A DNA stretch of 49,060 nucleotides from Clostridiales bacterium (GTDB lineage Bacteria; Bacillota; Clostridia; Christensenellales; UBA1242): the NCBI GenBank assembly GCA_918285425.1, contig CAKJZE010000049.1:1-49060 (forward strand), in the 5' to 3' direction. This document shows, one piece after another, positions 1-8,635 of this stretch (position 1 is its first letter; each line of letters opens with the position of its first letter). Below the pieces are notes generated by a model that was not told the DNA's origin, did not search any database, and worked only from the letters and a program-made list of their open reading frames with translations. The position numbers were made by a program, and so were the translations under genes.

Positions 1-8
1 TAATAGCA

Positions 9-1742
9 TTGATAGTAGTAATCCTAATCATTGTATCAATATACAGTGCATATATTAACAAAAACACAAACTTGGTAAAAAAATACAGTAAAATGTACAA
101 AGAAATTGTATGTTTAAATAATAATTTTCATTTTTATGACATAGATGATAAGTTAAGTTTTAATGCACAAGTTAATTCATTACAGAAATTGCAAAACTTT
201 GATTTCTATACTTACATGTTTAATGTTTTTAAATCAGATTATGAGAAATATTCTGAATTGATAAATAAGGCTGCATACAACGAACATGTATACAATGTAT
301 ATGCAAACGAATACATAAAAATAAAAAATTACATGAGTGAAGCTGATTTTAATAAGATAAATGGTGTAAAAATTAAATATAAAAAATTCAATATATATGA
401 AAGAAAAATATATGCCGACTCGAAATTAAAACAGCCTAATTCTGAAGTTGAAATTATTTGTAAGGTGGAGTATACCAGCCCTGCAGGTACAAATCATTAT
501 TCAAGAACATGTAATTATTCATTAAGAGATTTTAAATCAATGTTTAGAATCACAATACCTAAATTACAAATATCAAGCAAAAAAGAAGAACAAAACGAAA
601 TAGACAAACAGCTTGAAAAATTTGAAAGAATAAAGAAAAGAAATGACAAACGTATAGAAAAACTTGATAGTTTATTAAATAATTATAAGAAATTGTATTC
701 AAATAAAAATTTAGTTACAATTACCGAAAATTTCATTCGTCGTCAAAGATATATTGAAGAAATTGAAAGATTAGCGATAACTTTCAATGGTAATGATAGA
801 CCAACATTTAAAACGGATGATTTTGCAGATAAAAAATATAATCTTATTAGATTTACTTTACAAACAGGTTATAATTATTACAAATCACTAAAAGGGGCTT
901 TTACCCATGTTAATTTTATGGAGGATTTTGAGAAAATAAACATTAACCAACCTGAAATACGCGAGTTGTTTGACGATTCTTATGATGAATATAAAAAAGA
1001 TTATGAGATGTTTAAAGATGTTATGACATTAAAAAGTAATTTATTAAATCAAAAAATAATAAACACCACAGAATTAGAAGCTTACTATTTTTTACTCAGT
1101 GAAACTCAAGAGAAAATACTAAAAGAGGAATATAATAAATATAAGGATCTTTATAATTTTAATGATGAAACTGATGATAAAAAATTCTTTGATCAGCTAT
1201 ATGATATGGGGTTGTCAGATGAGCAAATGGAATATTGTATTGCATTACAATATCATAATAAAAGTCAATATACGTCTTTTGGTTTAAATTTAGAAGATGC
1301 AAAAGAATTTATAGAAGAAAATATAAAATTAAAGAAATCAAAAAAATATCTTGACAATCTTATTTCAAATAAATCAGAGAAGAAAAATATTGCCGATATT
1401 GATCTTATGTCCGGTGCGGAATTTGAAAATTTTGTTGGAGATTTATTCACTAAAATGGGTTATTCAGCGGAAGTAACTAAAACAAGTGGAGACCAAGGCA
1501 TTGATGTCCTTGCAAGAAAAGGTGATACAATTATTGCAATACAGGCAAAGTGTTACAGTGGAGTTGTTGGCAATCATGCCATAATGGAAGCAGTTGCAGG
1601 AGCAAAGTACTATAAAGCAAATCAATGTATGGTTATTACAAACAATTTCTTTACCAAAAGTGCAAAAGAACTTGCAGAAAGCAATAATGTAAAACTTTGG
1701 GACAGAAACATCTTAAAGGAAAAAATGGAAGAATATTTGTAA
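9..1742 (+). CDS. Membrane-anchored coiled-coil protein with C-terminal Mrr_cat-type restriction-endonuclease-like domain (5' end uncertain: frame is open to the window edge, called start is TTG)
   Basis: 577-aa ORF. N-terminal hydrophobic helix IVVILIIVSIYSAYI and a long K/E/N-rich middle. The C-terminus GAEFENFVGDLF...GDQGIDVLARKGDTIIAIQAKCY...VITNNFFTKSAKELA matches the D...QxK core of the Mrr/PF04471 family (recognised from memory). A hairpin terminator follows. Confidence 0.6.
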   Translation: MIVVILIIVSIYSAYINKNTNLVKKYSKMYKEIVCLNNNFHFYDIDDKLSFNAQVNSLQKLQNFDFYTYMFNVFKSDYEKYSELINKAAYNEHVYNVYANEYIKIKNYMSEADFNKINGVKIKYKKFNIYERKIYADSKLKQPNSEVEIICKVEYTSPAGTNHYSRTCNYSLRDFKSMFRITIPKLQISSKKEEQNEIDKQLEKFERIKKRNDKRIEKLDSLLNNYKKLYSNKNLVTITENFIRRQRYIEEIERLAITFNGNDRPTFKTDDFADKKYNLIRFTLQTGYNYYKSLKGAFTHVNFMEDFEKININQPEIRELFDDSYDEYKKDYEMFKDVMTLKSNLLNQKIINTTELEAYYFLLSETQEKILKEEYNKYKDLYNFNDETDDKKFFDQLYDMGLSDEQMEYCIALQYHNKSQYTSFGLNLEDAKEFIEENIKLKKSKKYLDNLISNKSEKKNIADIDLMSGAEFENFVGDLFTKMGYSAEVTKTSGDQGIDVLARKGDTIIAIQAKCYSGVVGNHAIMEAVAGAKYYKANQCMVITNNFFTKSAKELAESNNVKLWDRNILKEKMEEYL

Positions 1743-1830
1743 TTTACTTGACAAATTGTAATTAAAGTTTTAAAAGGATCTTAGAAAGCTCAACGAGGCT
1801 GTTATGAAGGTCTTGATTAAAACGAAATCA

Positions 1831-1866
1831 AAAAGACCAACATAACTAAAATGTTGGTCTTTTTAG
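1831..1866 (+). terminator. Rho-independent terminator after the Mrr-like gene
   Basis: aaaagaccaacat-aactaaa-atgttggtctttt, a perfect 13-bp stem followed by a T-run. Confidence 0.6.
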
Positions 1867-1971
1867 TAAAATCTAGTACGATAATATTTCAACTCCCGTT
1901 AGAATATTATCATACTTCCTTGCAGCCGGTCAAGTGATTTTACGAAAATACATACAAGGAGATAAAATAAT

Positions 1972-2292
1972 ATGGATAAATGTTATATTTGTAAATCATC
2001 TTGTGAAAAACATATTGATTTTGATTATTACTATATAAATTGTCCTAATTGTGTACAATATGTTTTCACTGATATAGATATTTATAAACTTTTAAATATC
2101 TCAAATTATAAATACGATTTAAATAAGTTAAAAGCATATATTGCAAGTCACAAAGCTAATGACCAAGGTCTATTTTTGGGGGAAAGAGAAAAATATAATG
2201 TTTTTATTGAACGAACAAATAAAACATTTTACAAATTAGTAACCCCGGAAGATGTTGAAAATTGGTACAAAAGTTATACTGTAATTAATTAA
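1972..2292 (+). CDS. Small zinc-ribbon-like hypothetical protein
   Basis: 106-aa ORF with an N-terminal CxxC...CxxC pattern (CYICKSSC...CPNC). RBS-like aaggaga lies about 11 nt upstream of the ATG, and a terminator hairpin follows. Confidence 0.45.
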   Translation: MDKCYICKSSCEKHIDFDYYYINCPNCVQYVFTDIDIYKLLNISNYKYDLNKLKAYIASHKANDQGLFLGEREKYNVFIERTNKTFYKLVTPEDVENWYKSYTVIN

Positions 2293-2298
2293 ATTATA

Positions 2299-2327
2299 AA
2301 GCCAAGATTTTTGTTCTTGGCTTTTCT
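2299..2327 (+). terminator. Rho-independent terminator after the zinc-ribbon gene
   Basis: aagccaaga-tttttgt-tcttggctt followed by ttt. Confidence 0.55.
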
Positions 2328-2335
2328 TATACCTA

Positions 2336-2370
2336 ATAAAAAATCCGAGGCGATTATGTTTCGACTCGGA
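2336..2370 (-). terminator. Terminator of the tRNA-Met/tRNA-Glu transcription unit
   Basis: The minus strand reads tccgag-(15 nt)-ctcgga followed by tttttt immediately after the tRNA-Glu 3' end. Confidence 0.5.
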
Positions 2371-2376
2371 CTCCTT

Positions 2377-2451
2377 TGGTAGTCCCAAGGAGAGTCGAAC
2401 TCCTCACTTCGCCGTGAAAGGGCGATGTCTTAACCGATTGACCATGGGACC
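2377..2451 (-). tRNA. tRNA-Glu (anticodon UUC), CCA encoded
   Basis: Minus strand reads GGTCCCATGGTCAATCGGTTAAGACATCGCCCTTTCACGGCGAAGTGAGGAGTTCGACTCTCCTTGGGACTACCA. It folds as a cloverleaf with anticodon loop CTTTCAC and a GTTCGA T-loop, and closely resembles Bacillus tRNA-Glu. Confidence 0.9.
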
Positions 2452-2463
2452 ATATTAAATTGT

Positions 2464-2540
2464 TGGTAGCGGCAGTGGGATTTGAACCTACGACCTACTG
2501 GGTATGAACCAGGCGCTCTAGCCAACTGAGCTATGCCGCC
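2464..2540 (-). tRNA. tRNA-Met, elongator type (anticodon CAU), CCA encoded. A lysidine-modified tRNA-Ile2 cannot be excluded by eye.
   Basis: Minus strand reads GGCGGCATAGCTCAGTTGGCTAGAGCGCCTGGTTCATACCCAGTAGGTCGTAGGTTCAAATCCCACTGCCGCTACCA. The G1-C72 pair argues against an initiator tRNA. Confidence 0.85.
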
Positions 2541-2564
2541 ACGCCGTTTTGTCAACGCTTTCAC

Positions 2565-2593
2565 ATTTTATTATAAAATCTTGATTTTGTCAA
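2565..2593 (-). promoter_or_regulatory. Sigma-A-type promoter for the tRNA pair
   Basis: Minus strand has TTGACA (2593-2588), a 17-nt spacer and TAAAAT (2570-2565), about 25 nt upstream of tRNA-Met. Confidence 0.45.
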
Positions 2594-2671
2594 CATTTTT
2601 ATTAAATATTTTTATCTTTTTACAACAAAATAAAATCAAGTACCTGATTGGTACTTGAATTATTAACTTAT

Positions 2672-4459
2672 TTACTCCAGCTCTTCATCATTTTTATTTA
2701 TTATTTCTTCAGAATTTTGGTTGTTATCCTGCTCTTCATTATTGCCCACATCAAGAATTTCAATATCACCAGTTATGATTTTTTCTTTTCTTTCTTTTGT
2801 GAAACCATCTGATGAAAACAATTTGTAAAAATCATCAAGGCTGCCAGTTATTTCAGCATTTTGTCTTTCTGCTCTGAAAGTGATTTTTATATCTTTATAA
2901 TTTTTCACTTCACCCTGCTTCAGACCGGGTACATAATAATACACACCAAAGCCATTTTCAACATCTTGATGACACATTGCCTCTCTTAAACAAAGCAAAA
3001 CATAAGCTTTTGTTGCTCCAGTATCAGCAATTGGTTTATTATTGAGTTTAAATTTACTTAAATCAAAAGCACTGAAGAAATTGGTTTGTTCTCGGTTTAG
3101 TTCATTAAAACAAGTTGCTGCAAGTAAATCGTCATAAAACGCACTGGTAACAAGCTGATTAAATCCCATCAGGCACACAATGTTAAAGGCAACTTCAAAA
3201 GAAGACCCTGAAAGTTGATCTATATTCATAGTATCCATATTAAGTGATTCAAGTTTAATCATGTTGAAAAATCTTTTACTTTCAACATCAAATTCATGTT
3301 TATTTTTATAAAACTCTTTGATTAAATTATCAGCCTGCAGCTTCAATATCTTTAGAATTTGTGGCGATCTGGCATTTTTATTAATTTTTTCCTGCACAAC
3401 ATCAAAGTCAACTGACAACGCTTTAAGCTTTTTATCAATTTCGAGCATTTTGTTCTTATAATCTTCAATCTCTTTTTCAGTCAAAATTGCAGACTCTTCC
3501 CTTTTTTCAAGCTCTTTTGAAATCAGTTTTTGCAAAGTATAGATAATTGCTGGATTACTTGTTCCTTTTGAAATTTCAAAGTATACTTGATTGTTCGCAC
3601 AAAGTGAAGTTATTATGTCAGCTTTTTGATCAAAACTTAAATTAAAGAAATCTGGAATATACTGAATTCTTGCCTTTATTAAGTTATTTATTCTGTAGAA
3701 ATTTTCCCTGGACACAGAATCAAAAAAATCCTTTAAAGATGATAAAGCTTTATCAACATCTTGATTATTTAAAATATAATTTGCTTGATTTGCCAAATTG
3801 CTTTTTAAATATTCTTTTGCCTTATCATAATCAAACAGAGCATATTTATTTGCAAAAGTTTCAGCAAATCCACGGAGCCACATTTTACTTACTATAAGAT
3901 TATCGTTTGGTCTTCTGAATAACAGATGATTTCCCGCAATATAAGGGGTGTTATGTGCAAAAACATTTCTTACCATAGCTAACTTTTCATTGTCTGAATA
4001 GTAGCCATCATACTTACTTTCAAAGGAAGGATCTTCAGTTGACAACACCAAAACGTCTTGCATTCTTGCGCTGCCTATATGTTGACCAGTTTTGATTAAA
4101 AACTGTCCATCTTGTATTGTTTCAAGTTTAATTACGTGGCTGTAACCTGAAGATGGAACTGTTATATTATATTTTTCCAACAGCTCTTTTTTCTTATCTT
4201 TGCTTAAAACCGACAAAGCAAATTCTCCAGCAAAAATGTCCTGAAGTTCACTTGTACTAAAATCATATTTTTCATAGTTGTTAAGACATAAAAATCCGGA
4301 AGTATAGACCCAAAAATCTTTAAGATGATTTGAGTTAAAATCCGACAAATCAACATCTGTATCAAAGCCGTCATCACTGACCGCATGATAAAGTCTTTCC
4401 AAAAGTTTTATTTGATTTTTTGCAAGTTTACGTCTTTCTTCTGAAACATTAATTTTCAT
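2672..4459 (-). CDS. Hypothetical 595-aa cytoplasmic protein with two HEPN-like Rx4H motifs (putative RNase)
   Basis: Long ORF. I place the start at ATG 4459 (MKINVSEERR) because aaggaaa lies 7 nt upstream; the ORF-track start at 4513 has no RBS. Motifs are VRNVFAHN (nt 3953-3970) and LREAMCHQ (nt 2969-2986), with a coiled-coil-like middle. The CDS is confident; the product call is inference. Confidence 0.5.
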   Translation of the reverse strand: MKINVSEERRKLAKNQIKLLERLYHAVSDDGFDTDVDLSDFNSNHLKDFWVYTSGFLCLNNYEKYDFSTSELQDIFAGEFALSVLSKDKKKELLEKYNITVPSSGYSHVIKLETIQDGQFLIKTGQHIGSARMQDVLVLSTEDPSFESKYDGYYSDNEKLAMVRNVFAHNTPYIAGNHLLFRRPNDNLIVSKMWLRGFAETFANKYALFDYDKAKEYLKSNLANQANYILNNQDVDKALSSLKDFFDSVSRENFYRINNLIKARIQYIPDFFNLSFDQKADIITSLCANNQVYFEISKGTSNPAIIYTLQKLISKELEKREESAILTEKEIEDYKNKMLEIDKKLKALSVDFDVVQEKINKNARSPQILKILKLQADNLIKEFYKNKHEFDVESKRFFNMIKLESLNMDTMNIDQLSGSSFEVAFNIVCLMGFNQLVTSAFYDDLLAATCFNELNREQTNFFSAFDLSKFKLNNKPIADTGATKAYVLLCLREAMCHQDVENGFGVYYYVPGLKQGEVKNYKDIKITFRAERQNAEITGSLDDFYKLFSSDGFTKERKEKIITGDIEILDVGNNEEQDNNQNSEEIINKNDEELE

Positions 4460-4528
4460 AATACATTTCCTTGCAAAAATTATATAATAAAAAAACTGCT
4501 CCGTCAAGAGCAATTTTTATAAGAAAAT

Positions 4529-4813
4529 TTAGTCAATCACGAAAACTTCTTCGTCATCTTTTATCATTCCAAGCTGTTCACGAGCTTGCTGTTCAATATA
4601 GGCATCACTACTTCTTGTCTTGATTCCCTCTTCCAAAGCAATTTGAGTTATGCTTAAATCTTCAATTTGTTTATCAAGACTTGCGTTTTTTGCAGAAAGT
4701 TGACCAGCATGAATATATAGTCCAAAAGAAAGCACAATTAAAGCAAACAGAAAAATTGTTGCAAGAACTGTAATAAGTTTTACCATTTTTGCTGCTTTTG
4801 ATCCAGTCATCAC
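4529..4813 (-). CDS. divIC: Septum formation initiator family protein (DivIC/FtsB-like)
   Basis: 94 aa with a single N-terminal TM, then a coiled coil, then SDAYIEQQAREQLGMIKDDEEVF, typical of the DivIC/FtsB family. It lies downstream of yabP-yabQ as in Bacillus and overlaps the yabQ stop by 4 nt. Confidence 0.75.
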   Translation of the reverse strand: MMTGSKAAKMVKLITVLATIFLFALIVLSFGLYIHAGQLSAKNASLDKQIEDLSITQIALEEGIKTRSSDAYIEQQAREQLGMIKDDEEVFVID

Positions 4814-5154
4814 CCTATATCCTTCCTTTGTTTAGTCAATTTTATAATTTTATTATAAATATTTTTTACAGGTTTTGCAATCAAATTTTCAATAAATATT
4901 TTTTGAAATATTATTCCAATTAAAAAGCATACGGCAAAATACAGCTTAATACTTGCGTAATAATACTTTAAACAAATGACATAAAATATCAGACTTGAAA
5001 ACAATACTGACAGAAAATCCACAATAAAAACAACAAAAAAATTATAGCGCGTCAATTTGACAATTAAATAAAGTATTGTTGTCAATATCCCTGCAAAAAT
5101 TCCCGCCGCCAAAAATAAAATAAGACTATAAAAAGCCCCGCCACTTGCAAGCAT
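4810..5154 (-). CDS. yabQ: Small polytopic membrane protein, YabQ-like (spore cortex biosynthesis)
   Basis: 114 aa and highly hydrophobic. Its position between yabP and divIC matches the Bacillus yabP-yabQ-divIC order. Confidence 0.55.
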   Translation of the reverse strand: MLASGGAFYSLILFLAAGIFAGILTTILYLIVKLTRYNFFVVFIVDFLSVLFSSLIFYVICLKYYYASIKLYFAVCFLIGIIFQKIFIENLIAKPVKNIYNKIIKLTKQRKDIG

Positions 5155-5156
5155 AG

Positions 5157-5429
5157 TTATTTAAAAAGCCTTTTGAAAAAATTTTTGCCCTGCGACTTTA
5201 CTTGATACTTTACGCTTTCCACTTCCCCATCTACGACAAGCAAACCCTCCTCCAAAACCAACTTGCCAACCCGTAAGTCTTTGCCCACACCATAGATCAG
5301 TGAATCTTTAATGCGAATTATAACACATTTGTCAGTTGCACTGAGCACTTCCAAAACACCAGTAACCATCATACGTTTACGTCTTTCAATTGTGATGGTA
5401 TGTGATGATTCAGCCAACTCTTTTTCCAT
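5157..5429 (-). CDS. yabP: Sporulation protein YabP
   Basis: 90 aa. HTITIERRKRMMVTGVLEVLSATDKCVIIRIKD...LVVDGEVESVKY resembles the YabP family signature. Confidence 0.8.
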   Translation of the reverse strand: MEKELAESSHTITIERRKRMMVTGVLEVLSATDKCVIIRIKDSLIYGVGKDLRVGKLVLEEGLLVVDGEVESVKYQVKSQGKNFFKRLFK

Positions 5430-5472
5430 AAAAAAATCCCCCTTAATTTAATTTATAAGGGGAATTATTTAT

Positions 5473-7692
5473 TTATGACAACTTAAAAGTATTTTCCATT
5501 AAGAACTTTTTAAGAAGAGTATTTCTTGTTGCCACGCTTTGATTTTTAACCATATGAAAGATGTTCCCACTTTTACCAATCAAAACAACCATATTTTTTG
5601 CCCTTGTTACCGCAGTATAAAGCAGATTTTTTGTGTAAAGCATAGGATTTCCGCTGACAATTGGAATTATGACAACTTTAAACTCTGATCCCTGACTTTT
5701 ATGCACTGTTATTGCATATGAGTGCACAAGATCTTCAAGTTCAATAAGAGTATAGCCCGCACGCCTGCCATCTTCAAAAGTGACAAACACTTCACCGTTA
5801 TCTGGATTAATTTGATCAATATAACCCATATCACCATTGAACACGCCCTGTCCACCAACAAGCCTTCCGTCCTCTTTTTTAGTCCACTCAAGCTCATAGT
5901 TGTTTGAAATCTGCATAACCTTATCACCCTCGCGATAAAGAGTTGTCTGTGTGCGAAACTCTTTTTTATCTGGCGAGGCAGGATTAAGTCTGTCACGAAG
6001 AAGAACATTAAGATTGTTTGTACCCGCAAGTCCAGACTTTGCAGGAGCGATAACCTGTATATCCTCTGGCGTAATTTCTTTTTTATATCCTGGGATCCTT
6101 CTTCCCACCATATCTACAATTTCATTAGCCACCATCTCTGGCATAAAGGTTGAACTGTGGAAAAAGTCCTCACTTTTTTCTTTAAGATCAGGCATTTCGC
6201 TGTTATTGATGAGATGGGCGTTTATGATAATTTTACTGGTATCAGCCTGTCTGTATATGTGGCTTAAACTTACAACTGGGACCTCTCCACTTTCAATGAT
6301 GTCAGAAAGTACATTTCCAGCACCAACACTCATAAGCTGGTCTTTGTCACCCACCAAAATAAGTCTTGTTCCTGGGCGCACAGCTTTGAGCAGTGCAGAC
6401 GCAACATAAATATCAATCATGCTGACTTCGTCCACAATAACGACGTCAGTATCAAGCGGATTATCTTGATTGCGAGTAAATGAAAGATGACCCCCAACAT
6501 AAGCCATTTCAAGACCACGATGTATGGTTGATGCATGCCTGCCTGTCTGCTCTTCCATACGTTTAGCCGCCCTGCCCGTTGGCGCCAAAAGCATAGTCTT
6601 CATCTTCTGGGCTTTAAAAATATCAAGTATAGCCTTTATAATTGTTGTCTTACCAGTACCTGGCCCACCAGTTATGACTATCACGCCTTCCTTAAAAGCC
6701 TTTGTTATTGCACTCACTTGATTTTTATGAAGTGTTAAGTTATTTACTCTTTCATATTCTTTCAGGTTTTCACTGATGTCAATATTAAGCTCTGACGTAC
6801 TGGAAATAAGTACTTTAAGTTTATCAGCAATATACCTTTCCATGTTGTAAAGTTTAGTTATTGCAACTGCACTTTCATCATTAATTGTCGTGCTTTTTAT
6901 AATTCCCTCAATTTCCAAATTAGTTATCATACTTTGAATTTCGCCTTCATATTCTGCTGGCAAATCCAAAATTCCAGTTGCAATCTCTGCAAGTTTATCC
7001 CTCTCAATCACTGTTGAGCCCTGCGTCTCTGCAAGTTCAGTCAAACAATAGATAATGCCTGCACGTATCCTAAACTGACTGTCTTTTGCTATGCCCATGT
7101 TGAATGCAATTTTATCTGCACTTTTAAAGCCAATACCATCAATGTCTTCAATAAGTCTGTATGGATTTTCTGAAAGTACACTTTTTGTTTTATCTTTATA
7201 GGCATTATAAATTTTGACTGCCATATTTGTTGTTATATCATATTGTTGCAAAAACATGACAGCTTCTTGCATCTTTTTAATGGCACCATATGTTACTGAA
7301 ATATCTTTTGCTTTATTTTCACTTACTCCGCGTACCTTAACAAGTTCAGATGGTGTTTTTTCAATAATTTCAAGCGTTTTTTCTTTAAACATGTTTACAA
7401 TATTTGTGGCAGTCACCGCCCCAACACCAGGAATAAGCCCAGAAGAAAGATATTTTATTATTCCATCAAGCCCAACAGGCTGGCTGACTTCAACCTTTGA
7501 TGCAACAAACTGCATGCCATACTTTGGATTATTGACATATTCACCTTGAAGTTTCACGTATTCACCAACATTAACTGCAGGAAATTTACCCGTGGCAACA
7601 ATATTGGCAAATTCCACAGACACTGAAATGATCGTGTATCCATTTTCACTATTTCTGTATATTATATCTTTAACTGTTCCGTTTAAATTCAT
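5473..7692 (-). CDS. recD2: ATP-dependent RecD-like DNA helicase (RecD2, SF1B)
   Basis: 739 aa with an N-terminal OB-like domain and HhH region. It has Walker A GGPGTGKTT, DEVSM, and C-terminal SYAITVHKSQGSEF...LLYTAVTRAK motifs typical of RecD2. Confidence 0.9.
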   Translation of the reverse strand: MNLNGTVKDIIYRNSENGYTIISVSVEFANIVATGKFPAVNVGEYVKLQGEYVNNPKYGMQFVASKVEVSQPVGLDGIIKYLSSGLIPGVGAVTATNIVNMFKEKTLEIIEKTPSELVKVRGVSENKAKDISVTYGAIKKMQEAVMFLQQYDITTNMAVKIYNAYKDKTKSVLSENPYRLIEDIDGIGFKSADKIAFNMGIAKDSQFRIRAGIIYCLTELAETQGSTVIERDKLAEIATGILDLPAEYEGEIQSMITNLEIEGIIKSTTINDESAVAITKLYNMERYIADKLKVLISSTSELNIDISENLKEYERVNNLTLHKNQVSAITKAFKEGVIVITGGPGTGKTTIIKAILDIFKAQKMKTMLLAPTGRAAKRMEEQTGRHASTIHRGLEMAYVGGHLSFTRNQDNPLDTDVVIVDEVSMIDIYVASALLKAVRPGTRLILVGDKDQLMSVGAGNVLSDIIESGEVPVVSLSHIYRQADTSKIIINAHLINNSEMPDLKEKSEDFFHSSTFMPEMVANEIVDMVGRRIPGYKKEITPEDIQVIAPAKSGLAGTNNLNVLLRDRLNPASPDKKEFRTQTTLYREGDKVMQISNNYELEWTKKEDGRLVGGQGVFNGDMGYIDQINPDNGEVFVTFEDGRRAGYTLIELEDLVHSYAITVHKSQGSEFKVVIIPIVSGNPMLYTKNLLYTAVTRAKNMVVLIGKSGNIFHMVKNQSVATRNTLLKKFLMENTFKLS

Positions 7693-7788
7693 AGAGATAT
7701 GATAATAAAAATAAAAATGTTTGTCAATTATCTTATTGATTTAAAAACATTTTACATATTTTTATAAAATACAAACAAAACTATTATT

Positions 7789-8601
7789 ATGAAAAAGTTT
7801 ACATCATTTTTAAGTATAATTTTATCAATTTTTTTATTCACTCCACACATTTCAGATATTGCTTTGGCACAAAATAACAAACCTATGCTGACAATTATAA
7901 TTGATGATTTTGGTGGCTTTGACCAAAGTGGAGTTGACACCATGCTTTCTGTGGACGCTCCACTTACATGCGCAGTGATGCCAAATCTGGAAAACTCGCT
8001 TGCAAACAGTAAAGCAATTGAAGAAAGTGGCAAAGAAGTTATACTTCACATGCCAATGCAAGCACATGTTCACCTTCCTGAAAGTTGGTATGGCCCAACT
8101 TACATCTGCTCTGGTGACAGTAAAGAAATTGTCTTTCAAAAGATAACAAGTGCACTTGAAAGCGTGCCAAATGCCAAAGGATTTAATATACATATTGGCT
8201 CTGGCGTGTGTCAAAATCCCACAACAATGGGATATGTTTATGACTTTGCAATAAACAACAATTTGCCATTTGTTGACAGCAGGACACACATAAATACCAT
8301 TGCACAAACAGTGGCAAGTCAAAAAAATGTGATCTATCTTGGCCGGGACGAATTTTTAGAGCCAAGTGGAAATAAAAGTTACGAAAGTGTAAAACATCAC
8401 ATAATGGTCGGGGCAAATATCGCCAAAGAAAGAGGACATGCAATCATCATAGGTCACGTAGGGGCTCATGGTGGTGAAAACACAGCAAAGGCGATTGCTT
8501 CATCAATTGAAGAAATAAAGAGTATGGGTATAGAAATTGTACCATTAAGCAAACTTTATGAAAACCTAAATTCCACATTTGTTAACACAGAAAATGAATA
8601 A
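7789..8601 (+). CDS. Divergent polysaccharide deacetylase family protein (YibQ-like), secreted
   Basis: 270 aa with a signal peptide (MKKFTSFLSIILSIFLF). MLTIIIDDFGG...LTCAVMPN...GKEVILHMPMQ matches the PF04748-type pattern. Confidence 0.7.
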   Translation: MKKFTSFLSIILSIFLFTPHISDIALAQNNKPMLTIIIDDFGGFDQSGVDTMLSVDAPLTCAVMPNLENSLANSKAIEESGKEVILHMPMQAHVHLPESWYGPTYICSGDSKEIVFQKITSALESVPNAKGFNIHIGSGVCQNPTTMGYVYDFAINNNLPFVDSRTHINTIAQTVASQKNVIYLGRDEFLEPSGNKSYESVKHHIMVGANIAKERGHAIIIGHVGAHGGENTAKAIASSIEEIKSMGIEIVPLSKLYENLNSTFVNTENE

Positions 8602-8635
8602 ATAAAAAATCCTTTTAGTATTCAAAGGATTTTTG

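Noticed and set aside
1743-1971. Tiny ORF MKVLIKTKSKRPT (about 1803-1844) and the 9-bp inverted repeat GATAATATT...AATATTATC (1880-1911) upstream of the zinc-ribbon gene.
   Set aside because: The tiny ORF has no RBS and runs into the terminator stem, so it is probably fortuitous. The inverted repeat is pure A/T apart from its closing G-C pair and could easily arise by chance in this composition. It might be an operator, but I cannot support that.
5951-6409. Antisense and shadow ORFs inside long genes: 5709-6029, 5951-6409, 6524-6738 and 7214-7549 in recD2; 7852-8322; 10706-11239; 16636-17121; 18172-18570; 20342-21007; 42307-42810; and several inside secA, nrdD and the giant gene.
   Set aside because: All lie entirely within, and opposite to or out of frame with, ORFs that have clear family signatures. 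Their translations are low-complexity (S/L/F/I/C-rich) and lack RBSs, as expected for the mirror frames of AT-rich genes.
7714-7753. Imperfect long hairpin (AAAATGTTTGTCAAT...ATTGATTTAAAAACATTTT) between divergent recD2 and the deacetylase gene.
   Set aside because: Both genes diverge from this point, so it is not a terminator. The arms are asymmetric and AT-rich, and there is no supporting evidence for a regulatory role.
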